64,000 nucleotides of DNA. Source: Pelomyxa schiedti. Lineage: Eukaryota; Protista; Evosea. Both the position numbers and the translations under genes were made by a program. Positions 1 through 12,755 of the stretch are shown piece by piece. The notes under the pieces are model-generated. The model did no database searches and was not told the DNA's origin. It was given only the letters and a program-made list of their open reading frames with translations. The stretch lies in NCBI GenBank assembly GCA_020536535.1, contig JAHLWZ010000799.1, forward strand, positions 80,868 through 144,867, in the 5' to 3' direction. Each line of letters starts with the position of its first letter. Position 1 is the stretch's first letter.

Positions 1-2893
1 TATGTACTTTTCCACTTTTTTGTTTTTCTTTTCTGTGAACAGTAACTTATCGGAGAACATAAACATGTGCCTGGGGGAATGTGGGTATAAAATTTGTTCC
101 TTAGGATGTACCTGGTCTTGGATTTCTTCTTTAAAAAGAAGGACACTTCCCCATCCCACAAGAAGATTCGCTCATCATCTGCCTTCATAAACTTCGAGGT
201 ATGAGTAATAATAACGGCTACAAGAAACGTGTACCTTGGCAATCTCAGAATAGCCCCCAAGCTTATTGATTGCGGCATATATCACTCTCTTTTGTTCAGC
301 AAGTCCCAATGCTTGTTGCACAACCTTGCAGTGGCAAGATTGTCAGTGGTTTCATGAAAAAACAAAAACATGAAATACTTGATTTGTTTTTCCAATGTAA
401 GATAGGGCTTCTGTTAAAGAGGCTGCTTCGGGATGTGATGGAGGTGTATTCTCCACCATGCATTGTAAAACTTGGTCATATTGCTTTATTTGTTGTATAG
501 GACAAGACAGCAAGTCTCGTAAAGGAGGTGCTTTCATAGATGCCGTCTTGTTATTCTTTTATTTAAAAAGATACTTCTCCCAACCAACCTTCTGTTTGAT
601 GAAGTCGACAAAGGCAGTATTTTCCCTCTCTAATCTTTCAAGTGTATCGGCATGAACGGCTGAGTGTTTCACAAAACTTGAATATATCCTAAATCTGGAA
701 GCAATGGACGTAAACAGTATGCCTAATCCGTCTACAGCAGGCCAGAAGTCCAATATCTTTCTCATTGAATACTTAAATGGGTAAAGCCCTTGAGGGAATA
801 AGTACCTTTTCCAGGTTTTGGTAAATAGCTTTGTGGAGCACAAACAAAGGGCGAGCTTCCCCAAATAGCATTGTGATCTCATCCTCAGTCATTATTGGCT
901 GCTGAGTTCCATTTGAAGCCAGGGCCTGATCACGCTGTTCTTGGAGAGGTTTCAAAAAACTCTATGTGTGAAGGTCAAACAAGGTATTGTTTCTTTTTTT
1001 TTTTTGTCCTACCTCAGAGAGACAATCAAGTTTGCCCACCAAAACACGCTCTGTACGAAGTAGCTGTTTAAATGCTTCACTTCTGCCTTTGATATATCTG
1101 GGGACTGCCAGGAAAGTTGATGAACAACTTACAGTGAGAAGTACATACGAAGTGATTTATAATATCTTCGAGCAAGCCACCCTCGTACTCGTGCTTGTGC
1201 TTTTACAAGTAATCTATACGATCGAGCAAACTAGTAAAAACTGTTTGAGTGCAGCTATTGGAAAAAAGAAATACCTTCATAAACTCCCTGCAAGATTTTA
1301 TTATGTCACCCTAACAAAACAAAAGCTCAGTAAAAACTCATTCCACAAGAAGATTACACACTGCTGCTGTTGTAAGGGGAGATGGGGCAGGAGGAGTGTG
1401 AGGCATTCTTTCTTTGATTTTTTCTTTGAGATACTGAGATTGAATATTTTGAAATCCAAGGCACTTGAAAATGAGGTCTACTAGTTGCCTTTGGGCTTCA
1501 GCAAGCGAGGCCTCATTGGGAGACTGTTTTGAAGAGAAAATTATTAAGTCTCACAGAACAATGGCCTTACCGCAACAAATTGTTCACAAGCTGTTATTAT
1601 CGCCGGCTTTGACGAGATTAGCTCCAAAAAAAAGAGAGAAATGGTACATAAAACTTGTCTGTAACAAATTTTGGCCTAATTTTTGTTGATGCCTGATCCA
1701 CAAAAAAGTCAGTGTTGAGTTTATTGAAACCATGCATCAGCATTATCTTACTAAACACATATTTCCAGGATTCTGTCCACAACTTGGGAAATCAAAGTAA
1801 GTAGAGTGAAACGCAAGGGGTTGCAACTGACATTGGCACGGTTCTCTGATGTCAAGTCAGGAAGCCAAGAAATATCCACTGGGGTTGCGGGTATGATTGG
1901 TGGTTTTGATACAGAAACACTACTAGTGAGCTGTGATTCAGTACTAGGTGCTGTTATTGGTGATACAGAAATAGGGGTAACTGTTGTCGTTTGCTGAATT
2001 ACAGGGGTGGATAATGGAGTAGGTGGGGGTATGTCAAATGAAGGAGGAGGGATATCTAAAGAAGGCGGTGGTAATATAGGTTGAAATGAAGGGATGACTG
2101 CTGGAGCTTGTATAAGTGGTGCAATGGATGTTACACTATTTACTGGAGAAGGAGGGGTGATGATACTGCTACTACTGGGTGGTGGTGGTGCAATATTACT
2201 TGGAGGAGGCGGAGCAGCATTAGTTGGGGGTGGAGGAGGAATAATCACAGGAGGGGTAGTAATAGTAGGAGCAGTGATACTACTAGGTAGGACAATCTGA
2301 ACTCCACAAACACCCAAGTTAGGTAGGGACAGAGTGTCAATATGCACAACCGGCGGAGGAATTTGAACTGGTTCGGTGCCGGGGGTTGGAATTGGAGGGG
2401 GTATTACAGCAGAAGTGAATGCAGGTGGTGGAATATCAACAACCACCCCCGGAAGCTGTGGTGGGGGTGGCAACCCGGAGCTCTCATTCAGAGCCATAAC
2501 CTGAGACTGCGAATCCTCCTCGTAAGGGTTGTAGTTACCGCCGCCATAATAGGAATCCGCAGAGGGCGGGGTCGAGACCGCGGCACCGCTGGTTGAATTC
2601 GCAGAGGGAGAAGTGGGGATGGGGGCGGGAGAGGGAGAGGGAGACGGAGACGGGGTCGGCGAGGGGGGGCAGGGGGCGGGGGCGCGGGCCGCGGGGGGCC
2701 GGGGAGCCGCGGACGGCGGGGGCCGGGCGGCGCCCCCTCCGGGCGTGGCCGCGCCCCAGGAGGAACCCCCGCGGGTGGCCAGCGGCGAGGAGGGAGAAGG
2801 AGGGGCCTGGGGGGCCAGCCCGCGCGGGGGTCCCGTCGACGTCCTCAGCGGCGGCTGCTGCGGGGTGGCCGTGGGGGGCGGAATGTCTGCCAT
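1..2893 (-). CDS. Rho GEF (DH-PH) with long Pro-rich N-terminus; multi-exon, 3' end runs off the window
   Basis: ATG at 2893 (MADIPPP...). Later exons read FLKPL...EDEITMLFGEARPLFVLHKAIYQNLEK, LGILFTSIASRFRIYSSFV and LRDLLSCPIQQIKQYDQVLQCMVENTPPSHPEAASLTEAL, a typical Dbl-homology pattern. PH-like exon (ERIFLWDG) near 130-240. Confidence 0.85.
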
Positions 2894-3183
2894 TGAGCCC
2901 TGTGTGTTGTTCGGGCACGTATGTACCTCACAGCACGAATGATGCAAAGATTTCTTTGCTTTAGACGAAAAAACAGCATGGGTGAACCCATTTTTAGGTA
3001 GGTGCACGGAATTCTTCACAGCTCTCAGCGTGGGTGCGGGCACTAACGAGGCGCGTGAGAAGTGAAGTTCGAGAGCTATATACTGAACAAATAAACATGT
3101 TTCCTTATACAGGGTACATTACTGTAGTAACACTAGTGCCTGAAAAGTGCAATCAAAAATTCTTTGCTTGGTTTTTTGTGTTT

Positions 3184-5069
3184 CTAGGATGTGAGGCTTG
3201 GGAGGGGTTCGTTGCAGGAAGAGCAAAAGATAGAAGCTGAGGGCCAAATCTGTTGCACGGAACGAACAATGTCGGGTAGCATGTTTCTGGCAACCTCCTG
3301 CAAAATTGATTTGGTATGGGTTTGGCATTTTGGAAGTACCTTGGAGTGGGCTGTGGGAAGTTGGTCATACTCCACATATAATTTCTTTGAAGAACTTCGG
3401 GGAGTGTCACATACAGCACAGGAATCCGCCTCTGGACTGTTCTGTGATGTGCAGCACTCACAGACCCACTGTGTAGAGTCCTGCCAGTCCCGGCTGTTAC
3501 TTTCTGGGGTGGGTGTTCTTTCAGAACCACACAGAGTGCATGCGGTGCTGGATGAAGCGTTTATGAAGGTACAGGTAGAACAGGACCAATTTCCGGCAGC
3601 GTGATTGGATGATGTGGAAATTGGTGGCTTCCGGGATCCGCACACCTGGCAGGATCCACAATGTGACTGGTTGACAATGGTACATGAGCTGCAGGACCAA
3701 CTCCTGCAGACGGTGCAGTGCAAGTTGGCTGTGGGGTTGGCTCGGCCACAGTTACAGTTCCACGAGATTACTTTCTTGGGAGATGATACTGTGACCCCAA
3801 ATAAAAACGTGGGCCTGCCTCCGCTCATTTCTATCCTGGTGTCCACCAGCTTCACACCGCTGTCGGGTGGAATTGCTGACGGTCTGCATTTCCCGGACAG
3901 CCAAACTTCGTCGTGGAGGGCAGTGAGCAACGTGAGTCTGGCTCCTGACATCTCTGCTCCACCAACGGTCCAATGCAACCGTGACAGTCCATTAAAATGG
4001 AGAAGTTCCAGTCTTTGTCCAGAACGGATCGTTGCTTGAGAGGGAGTCAATCTCAAGTCCTTGCACCAGAGTGCAGTATAGTGTCCGCCACAGAGAACAC
4101 ACCAAATGGGAAGTCGCGGAAACCGAACGCAAGACTGCTGGGTGATGATCCCGATCTCCGATGCCATCGGCGGGTTGGAATATGAAGGCGGATAAACTAT
4201 GGCAAGGTGTGAGGGGTCATCACTCACGTCACTCAGAGCACAGCCATACAGGAGCAAGTGAACAAGTTCTTGAGTGCAGAAAAGCCCCTTCCTGCTGTAG
4301 CTGGGCTCGAGCATTGTTGAGAATGAAGATGCAGCACAAAGTCTGACGTCTCGCAACAATGATTCGACGCCTAGTGACTTATTGTCATTGTTGAGTTGCC
4401 AATAAAATAAGACTACCTCTTGTGGCAATGCACGAGTACACCAGCAGCAATATCCCACCACTCCGCATAAACTGAGGCAAAAGGATCTTGATTTGATTGT
4501 GAAGATCACTTTGAGGAACTCTGATCAACTGCACATGTGCATTAAATTCACCAATTGTCCCAAAAGGGCCAGGCTCACGCAAAACAGCAAGTGACACTAA
4601 ATGGTAATTTTAATAAAACTCTTAAAAAAAAAAAAAGAAGGATCAGTAGAGGGAAACATAGATAAATATGCCTACCAAAAGTTTCTGTCATGCAACCTTC
4701 CAGAATATTCGCCAGGGCGCGAACCATCACCTCGTCGACACTCAAGTCCTCGAGAGACCCACAATTTGCAACCACGCGAACCACGTGGCACTGCACGGCA
4801 GCCAGCACTCCGCACGGCCCGTCCTCCTCCTGGGGCCCCACAAGCGGCCACTCCGTCGGTGGATTTTGTTGGCGATCCACAGACGCGGACGCCACGCCGG
4901 TATAAGAAGGCACTGGCAAAGCCTGTGCGGCTCTGCCGTCGCACGCGGCATCATGGGACGACAGCACAAGTGGGTGACTGAGCCACGTAGAGCATGAGCT
5001 GGAAGAGCCAACCGAGGTCGGGAACACGAGACCACTCACAGCCCCCAACAGCGAACCATCACTACTCAT
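3184..5069 (-). CDS. MINDY-3/4-family deubiquitinase with four RanBP2/NZF zinc fingers
   Basis: Catalytic motifs QEEDGPCGVLAAVQ, PIWCVLCGGHYTALW and LLHFNGL. Four W-x-C...N...C-x2-C fingers. Introns near 4600-4675 and about 4380-4415. Confidence 0.8.
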
Positions 5070-5078
5070 TCTTCAAAG

Positions 5079-5360
5079 AAAGGATCTGAAGGTTTGTCGC
5101 TGATCTTTCCGAGCGCAGGAAGTTTATAGCCATTATGAATGTGAGGCCAGAGTCTTTTCAAGTTCAAGAAGGGGAGGAGAGGTCTAAAAGACTTTAGAAC
5201 CAATTGGCTGAGTGGTCTAATCGCCAATCGTGGGATCGCCGGTTCGGTTCTGCCCAAGGTTCATCAGGGACTGGAGGGGTGACCACCAATTTTTTGACAG
5301 AGGACCTCAGCCCTCGTCAGACGAAGGGTGAAAGCCTCATTTTGTGGTTGGCGCTATGGA
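5079..5360 (+). ncRNA. Candidate structured element containing a Pol III A-box match
   Basis: Long terminal stem 5123-5147/5334-5360 with G-U pairs and several inner hairpins. TGGCTGAGTGG (5205-5215) fits the A-box, GGTTCGGTTC (5241-5250) is an imperfect B-box, and there is a T6 run at 5290-5295. Confidence 0.3.
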
Positions 5361-5417
5361 GAACAATGAAATGAAGGAGTGTTATTAATCACAACCAAGG
5401 TTGGAGCATCACAAAGA

Positions 5418-5759
5418 GTTCATATGAAGAGCTTCATCAAGCTGTTGCAACCATGCTTGGGAACAACCCATAGAGGGAAGTCGACGAACTGGTGAGGGAA
5501 AAACCTGGTCACTGAGAGAATAGGGGTGCAGCAACTTTNNNNNNNNNNNNNNNNNNNNNNNNNNNNNNNNNNNNNNNNNNNNNNNNNNNNNNNNNNNNNN
5601 NNNNNNNNNNNNNNNNNNNNNNNNNNNNNNNNNNNNNNGTTCATATGAAGAGCTTCATCAAGCTGTTGCAACCATGCTTGGGAACAACCCATAGAGGGAA
5701 GTCGACGAACTGGTGAGGGAAAAACCTGGTCACTGAGAGAATAGGGGTGCAGCAACTTT
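5418..5759. other. Scaffold gap (100 N, 5539-5638) flanked by an exact 121-bp duplication; assembly artefact
   Basis: 5418-5538 is identical to 5639-5759. Confidence 0.9.
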
Positions 5760-7263
5760 CAGGGAGCGCCATTGTGAACAACCTTGTTCCAGTTATGGCA
5801 TCCATGACCACCGTCCAAGTGCGTAGCCCACCAAAGGCAGCAACACTCTTTTTGGAGAGAGTCTTGACATTGGCACATGTGTTAGGCGTAACTTCCCTGG
5901 AGAAGAACAACAGCCCGCATCCAGCGGCTACAGAATGAGTTCCCCATGGGAAGGTGTGGTTCACGCACGGTTGGCGCTTTCTGTAGGCGGTCTTCTCCTT
6001 GCGGCTCCTTGTTTTCCGGGAATCACCAGGTGCCAAGGTGGTGCAGTTGGGGTACCAGAGCGGCTCGAGTGAGTAGAGAGACACAAATGGATGCCGGCTT
6101 GTTTGCTCATCCTTGAGTGTGCACAGGTGGGCATCGTCAACAGCAAGCACACCCATGTCGGTGGTATGCTGGAGCCATGTTGTAACCAGTCCAGAGTGTA
6201 ACTGTACGAGTCTCTCCCTGTAGCAGTCATCACACGTGGACATGCCTTTGGTGAAGTGAAGGTAACTGGCATTGTTGTCAACAAGTGGAATGTTGTTAGA
6301 CCCAAGTCCCAGATTGCCCATGTTGTTGTGTTGCACAGCCTTCATGGGGTTGGCGATGGATCGCTCGTTCCACAGTGTGAACAGATCAACGGCAATACAG
6401 TTGAGAGTGTGATCGATATCCCTCTTGTACCATATTTCCACCGCGTCACCATCGGGGTCATACTGACCAGTCTGTGAGATAAACCTGATGTGGAGTATCC
6501 CGTTCAAGGAGCCGCCAATCAGCACGTGCTCCTGAGGTACACCTTGAACCACCCTAAAGAGAACAAGCCGGTCAGAGAAGGGCATCACAATCCAGCTTCT
6601 GTTTCTAGCAATAAGCTCGTAATTGCGTTCTCCAGGCAGAGGAAGAGATACATCACCAATGAGGTTCCGGTCCTGAACAGGGCGGCCAACAACAGTTGGC
6701 AGGCGCACGAGTCCCTGTGTCGGGGAGATAGCGAATATCACGCAGGCATCACCAATCTCTTCATTCAGCTGCAAGCAAACCAACTTGCCACGTCGCACCA
6801 CCCAGTCCCTGCCTATCATTTCCAGCACCGTGGGAGGCAGCATCACAACGGGGCCGCTGGGCCCGGAAGCCCGCAATCTCGCGTCGGGAGCAGCGGCGAG
6901 GCCCGGCGCTGAGGCGGCGGAGGCGGAGGCGGCGGCCGAAGAAGAGGGCGCGGGAGGGGGCCACGCGGGCGAAGAGGCAGGGGGGGCAGCCAGGGACGAG
7001 GCGAGGGAGGGCACGACGGGGGCAGGGCCGGAGACGGGCGCGAAGGCGGAGGCGGAGGCGCAGGCGCAGGCCAGGGCCACGAACTGGTCCCGGGCCATCA
7101 GGGGCGGGGGCGTCGCAGGGTCGTCGTTTGATATGTTCACGACGTGGACCTCCCCGTTCGGTCCCAATGAATTGTAGAGCGCCTGCATCAACTCCAGGGG
7201 TGTGTGCTGGGTGTGGTCGGTTGTCGGCGCGAAATCTCGGCACTGACAACTCGAAAACAGCAT
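5641..7263 (-). CDS. Intronless lineage-specific orphan family protein (copy A, divergent)
   Basis: 540-aa ORF sharing motifs with the ORFs at 13082-17485: QF.A.A.A, IG..WV, NR.W.VM, VD..HL, VAAGCGLL, DA..G..LF.M. Confidence 0.75.
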   Translation of the reverse strand: MLFSSCQCRDFAPTTDHTQHTPLELMQALYNSLGPNGEVHVVNISNDDPATPPPLMARDQFVALACACASASAFAPVSGPAPVVPSLASSLAAPPASSPAWPPPAPSSSAAASASAASAPGLAAAPDARLRASGPSGPVVMLPPTVLEMIGRDWVVRRGKLVCLQLNEEIGDACVIFAISPTQGLVRLPTVVGRPVQDRNLIGDVSLPLPGERNYELIARNRSWIVMPFSDRLVLFRVVQGVPQEHVLIGGSLNGILHIRFISQTGQYDPDGDAVEIWYKRDIDHTLNCIAVDLFTLWNERSIANPMKAVQHNNMGNLGLGSNNIPLVDNNASYLHFTKGMSTCDDCYRERLVQLHSGLVTTWLQHTTDMGVLAVDDAHLCTLKDEQTSRHPFVSLYSLEPLWYPNCTTLAPGDSRKTRSRKEKTAYRKRQPCVNHTFPWGTHSVAAGCGLLFFSREVTPNTCANVKTLSKKSVAAFGGLRTWTVVMDAITGTRLFTMALPESCCTPILSVTRFFPHQFVDFPLWVVPKHGCNSLMKLFI

Positions 7264-7455
7264 CAGTCAAGTTTGTTTTTGGGGTTTTTTTCTTGAAATA
7301 TCAAACAAAAAATAATTTTTTTTTCCCTGGGTGACAAGACCCTAGGATACGGAGATATTGCACACAACGTGTTGTGAGTGATCTGGTAAGAATTGTTGTG
7401 CAGAAAAGCACTAATGTAAATAGAAGAATGGGGATGCATACTAGGTACTTTTCCA

Positions 7456-8587
7456 TTATAAAGAAGCGGTGTATGACTGTGTGACGAATTTGTTAACTAT
7501 TAAGCATCTGCAGATATCTGGAGCCACCTGATCCATTATGTTTTCACAGAGGTGTATTGGGGAAGCTTGAACTACACTTTCTGCGAGTACAGCATCCTCA
7601 CTCAAATAATACACATACAAAGGGGGTTGGGAGTGCCAAGAATGTTGGAAATTGCATTGAAAAGTTCTTCAGTATCGAGTTGAAAGGAATGCACTACAAA
7701 CTTTCTGAAAGAAGTGATATATGCAAGCACGGACATAACGTTAGTGTTGGTATGCTACAAGTCAACTTAAAGCCAACGATCCAGCTATTCAAATAAGGGA
7801 AGTACCTGGCCAATGTTTTCGCAACATGTGCCTGCTCGGTATTTCTCCATAGTCGTGTGGAACGATACAAACAAATCAATTTGAGGTCTACTGGATCATC
7901 CAGGGCGCTCCACTCCACTGGAGTAACATTTTCAGGAAACTGTGAGTACAACCAGCGCTAGCAGTAAAGTGTGAATTCCAGAAGAAAGAAACTGATTATC
8001 GTGTTAGCTGATTGCATAGACAACAAAAGGCGTACCTTCTTTGTTCAGTTTTCTACGTATCTTTGTCCTACTCAGAGAAGAAAACTGGAGTTGATTTGGA
8101 TATGCCTTAAAAATAGGGTTATTTTAACACGTTGTCAGATTACAGAAATAAAGCAGTTTGCAGTATTTAGTACACCGCAACTTTGGTTTTTAACCCTGGC
8201 TGAGAAGGCATTACGACCACTGTACCTTCACGTCATTGCGTGCCCATGCACGATCCTCCAGAGATCAATTCATCACTTGAAGTCGAAGTGCCCAAAAGTT
8301 CCTTGTTCCATTCACTAATAGCTCTACGGTATTAACATGTCATTCCAACTCCCTTCCAGTACATTATAAAACGCCAACCGTCACTAAGCACGCAGTTCCG
8401 TAGGCTACGGACCGTGGCCAGGTTTTTTTTTAATCCTCTTTCTGTTGGTAACTAAGACAGGAGAGCGAAGACTACTACAACCAAACAACGAACATATATG
8501 AATTTGGTTGGCATCCCCAGCAATAGCGCTGCCAAGATCTCCAAAGAGTGAGTTACGCTCGTTTGGTGGAATGGCTTTGCTACTCAT
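7456..8587 (-). CDS. Hypothetical multi-exon protein
   Basis: ATG at 8587 (MSSKAIPPNERNSLFGDLG), several GT-AG introns and coding-like exons (PVEWSALDDPVDLKLICLY; KFVVHSFQLDTEELFNAISNILG). No family recognised; exon structure uncertain. Confidence 0.5.
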
Positions 8588-8954
8588 TTGCTGTCTCGTT
8601 TTCCTACTAACTACAGGCAAGAAGAAAACGAGACGGTGGGTCTTACGAAGTGTCACAGTGGGTGCATTCAAAAAAAAAAAAAAGCACATTTCACTTTCCC
8701 TTCACAAAAACCTGCTCCAAGGCATGCAACCTGTGATAACGTAAGCTTCCATATTTATTAAAGGTAATGACTAACGTTATCGTAGGTGGGTGACACTGAC
8801 GTCTGGACTCTTGGCTTTGATCAATTCTGTTAAGAATAGGCACCTTCTGGACGAATTTGCACAAGTTATCATCAACTCTAATGACAAATTTACTCACTGA
8901 GAGCCAAGGATTTCAAGCTTCGGGTCCAGTTGAGAACTTCTGGTTGTTTTTTGA

Positions 8955-9402
8955 TTTTCTTTCTTTCGGCATATTATTGACATCCTTACTAAAGAACCTT
9001 GAGCGGAGAAGGAAAAGGCCCAGCGAGTGGAGGCAAAACTTAAGGTGTTCTCTGAGCTCTGTGATGCTCTTCCCCAAGTAGAAAGGACAATGGTGGAAAA
9101 AGAGCCAATGTTAGGAGGTATTCTTCCTGTTCTTCACACATTCGCATTAACAGCATGGCAGAGTTTGTTGAGATAAAAGCTACATTGCAGAGAAGTTAGC
9201 CACAATAAAAGCACAAGAAGCTTGCCAAGAACCCAAACGAGGTAATTGTACCAGATGTTATCACACTGGCATTTAACTCCCAATAGATGAGTTGAACGCT
9301 CTTATCAGCTAAGCATTGGAGGCCCTCACAGGGCAACGACCTCCAGTCAGGACTTTGAGTACCACAACAAGCACTTCACATGCCGAAAAGAAGGCCTCTT
9401 GA
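8955..9402 (+). pseudogene. Degenerate duplicate of the last two exons plus intron of the gene at 10552-12755
   Basis: Colinear with 12301-12755, including the intron and stop codon, but with small frame-breaking indels. Confidence 0.8.
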
Positions 9403-10551
9403 AAGCAAAAGATGTTCATTTTGTTGACTATTGTGTCTACCCTCAAAAGAAAGTACGATAGTGGACTTAAGAGAAAGCCAACGCAATTTATCACAGGGAC
9501 ATCCTTGCGGACAAAGGCACAGCTGATCATGTTTTACTTGAGTATTCCCTGATATTGAACATGTGGGTGAAGCTTTCCCAGTCAAATACATTTTATTGGA
9601 AAGACAGTGCTTGTACACTGTATCAAGTATGTGTTTAGAAGCCATTTTATTTTCTCATACCTTTAAATCGAGGAGGTTTCTGCCGGTACATTCCCTTCGA
9701 GAATCGAATACTCCCCTTCTTATTCAGTCAAGTTTGTCTTCTTACATTTAGATCACCGAACAGCCAGTTTCTCGAACTCATTTTGGTCCCACTGTTCAAC
9801 AATAGAACAACAGGACATGAGAATTGCGCACGGAATGTGTTGGAGTTGACCCATCCCCCGCGTGCTCAACTGGCATCCTGCAGGCATCATTCGTTTTTTT
9901 GGGTGGGTCAGAGGCAGTACCAGCATTGGGGTACTGTAGTATTTTTTTTTAAAGACCGACATCCTACTCAAACTACAACGTCCTCCTCCCCAAGAGTTTT
10001 ATGTAAAAACCCAATAGTGGAATGGGAAAAAGCATAGATCTGCAATCAAAAGATTCCTGCTGGCGGCAACCAAAAAGTTGACCAATGGATGTGCGAGTCG
10101 AAGGTGGATCTTTTTAATACTCAATTTCCTTCTCCCATGTTCTGCTTTGTCAGCCTGTTGCTGCGCTTGTAGCAAGCTCGCCAAATATGTTATGGCTGCT
10201 TACAAGGTATCAAAACAGCACCTCCACCATAAAATCGTGAACTACTATGAGACAAAACAAATTATTTTTCCTCTCTTTGGTTACAAAGATCAAGTGTGCA
10301 ATGCTGTCAACGCCGTTTAGCTTTCCGCAACTTGGCATTAGATCTAGGACTGCTATTCTAAGCGTCGCTCGATCCAATGGATCTTTTTAAAACTCTATTT
10401 TTTTTCTCCCCTGTTCTGACTTGGACCGGTGTAGTGTTTGGCAGATGTAGAGATGTAGATGTTTGGGAGATGAAAAATGCGCCAAGAACATACTCACAAT
10501 TGGTATTGTAACACAGTACACTGGCAGCCACATAACACGAGATCCTACACA

Positions 10552-12755
10552 ATGAGTTCTCAGGTAACACAGCAGATCTGACTCTTCACACAGATCTACA
10601 GATACCAGCCCAGCACGTAACCGCAACCAACTACGTTGTGGACACCACCAAATCCAAGTCTTCTCGCAAGAACCGCATTCAACACAAAAAGGGGGGCCGT
10701 GCTGGAAAGCCACAGACAGAACGCTGTTTCCAGAACAAGCCCAAGCGCAAGCAGTGCTTTTTTGACCATAAGTTGCCTCCGGCAGAGCAGCACCCCGTGT
10801 CTCACCCGCAGCCCTTGCGCGAGTATGAGCCCTTGGACGCCTATGCAACCATCACTCGTGCCAAATCGACTCTCGACCGCCACCCATTGCCTGCTCCACC
10901 CGTACCCAACGACGGAGACGCGATGATGAGCAATACCTGCGCTCTTGGGAATGTGGTTTCTAGTCCAAGCTCTGAAAATAATGGCGCATGTGGTGTCGAC
11001 CAAGTTGGGGAGGCTGAGCCATCATCCCTTGGTCCTGTTTCCGATAGTGCTCCTACCTCTGCTCTTCATCGAAGCCAAGCCTCGTTATCTGTTCCTACAG
11101 GCCATCAGCGTGATGTTCAACCCCCATTCCAGAAAAAAGTAAGTGCTTTCATATTTCCCGACTGTTATCACTTATTGTTTACTTGCACATAGATAAGAGT
11201 TATTCCTAGATGTGAGCCTTTAATTCAACAAAATCTAGCACAAGCATTGGCCCTCCTTTCTCAAGAAGAAGCTGAATGTGAACTAGCATGTAGGAATACA
11301 CTCGCGGACTTATGTTCTTGTCAAAACAAAGAAGCAGTAAGCAAAAGCCCAGGTAAGTACAATGGGATATTGAGCTATACTAAACATGGATAAGAGGATC
11401 AATTTCCAGACATTTGGACACATATTGAAAAAACCACACAGGTTGGTTGGGAAAGAAGATATGAAAAGTTTACACTAACCATCAATAGGCCCTTGATCGT
11501 TTTAAAGCGAAGCAAGAACATGGTATTTTTCCAGTCTTTCTTTTATCTGTTGAAAATCAAGCAGCAGATAAAATTCAAAGTAGGATAGACGAAGAACGAG
11601 ATAAGCGGCTTGCATCTGAATTAGAGCGTCTAGTAACAGAGTACCAGTTGGGCCAAATACAGGCGGCCAATGAGAAATTGTCGGCGGATATAGCACAGGT
11701 GGAATCATTCTTGGAGAATATGAAAGGGCTGCCCAAAGAAATTGAAGGTTCTACTCTAGTAACTAGTAATCTGAGGTAACATTACTTGCAGAATTGGAAC
11801 AAGAAATTGCTGCATTAGAAGAAGAGTGCAACACTATAGACCCTAATCAGAAACCCCTTCGTATGGGCTTATGAGGGGCTTCCTTTGCTTATCGATTTCA
11901 AACAGAGGTGCTTGAAGCTTCTATGGAGCAAATCCGTTCCATTCTTTCATCTACTGCTTCCTCTGTGGATNNNNNNNNNNNNNNNNNNNNNNNNNNNNNN
12001 NNNNNNNNNNNNNNNNNNNNNNNNNNNNNNNNNNNNNNNNNNNNNNNNNNNNNNNNNNNNNNNNNNNNNNGAAACCCCTTCGTATGGGCTTATGAGGGGC
12101 TTCCTTTGCTTATCGATTTCAAACAGAGGTGCTTGAAGCTTCTATGGAGCAAATCCGTTCCATTCTTTCATCTACTGCTTCCTCTGTGGATGGTGCCTCC
12201 TGATTTTTCCTTGAAAAAAAAGGCAACTTTCTGAGTGTGTAAACTTGAAGTCTAAGTAATAGAAAAGTGTGTGACAGAAAGGGAGTGTTTTTTCATCATA
12301 TTCTTTCTTTCGGAAAATTATTGACATCCTTAATAAAGAACTAAGAGCGGAGAAGGAAAAAGCCCAGCGAGTGGAGGCCAAACTTACTGTGGCCAGGAAG
12401 TTGTTCTCTGAGTTCTGTGATGTTCTTCCCCAAGTAGAAAGGAGAATGGAAAAAGAACCAATACTAGGAGGTATTCTTCCTGTTCTTCACACATTAGCGT
12501 TAACAGCAATGGAAGAGTTAGTTGAGATAAAAGCTGCATTGGAGAAGTTAGCCGCATTAAAAGCACAAGATGCTGCCGAGCACCCAAAAACGAGGTAATT
12601 TTATCCGATCTTATCACACTGGCATTTAACTCCCAATAGATGAGTTGAACGCTCTTTACAGCCAAGTATTGGAGGCCCTCACAGGGCAACGACCTCCAGT
12701 CAGGACTTTGAGTACCACAACAAGCACTTCACATGCCGAAAAGAAGGCCTCTTGA
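10552..12755 (+). CDS. Hypothetical multi-exon coiled-coil protein
   Basis: Probable ATG at 10552 spliced into ORF 10638-11192. Heptad-like exons (IDEERDKRLASELERLVTEYQLGQIQAANEKLSADIAQ; ILNKELRAEKEKAQRVEAKL). TGA at 12753-12755. Interrupted by a gap artefact. Confidence 0.6.
11850..12191. other. Scaffold gap (100 N, 11971-12070) flanked by an exact 121-bp duplication; assembly artefact
   Basis: 11850-11970 is identical to 12071-12191. Confidence 0.9.

Noticed and set aside
5197-5256. tRNA gene
   Set aside because: A-box and near B-box are present, but there is no anticodon arm or proper cloverleaf; kept only as an unexplained element.
5255-5270. CTGATGA on the minus strand as a hammerhead core or C box
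   Set aside because: No downstream stem II plus GAAA, and no suitably placed CTGA D box.
5418-5759. Direct repeat flanking an N-run, resembling an insertion with long terminal duplication
   Set aside because: Exact 121-bp overlap around a 100-N gap, the same length as at the second gap, so an unmerged contig overlap.
9430-10330. Short minus-strand ORFs as a possible transposon remnant
   Set aside because: No transposase or RT motif, terminal repeats or target-site duplication visible.
11850-12191. Apparent exon duplication
   Set aside because: Same 121-bp gap-flanking artefact.
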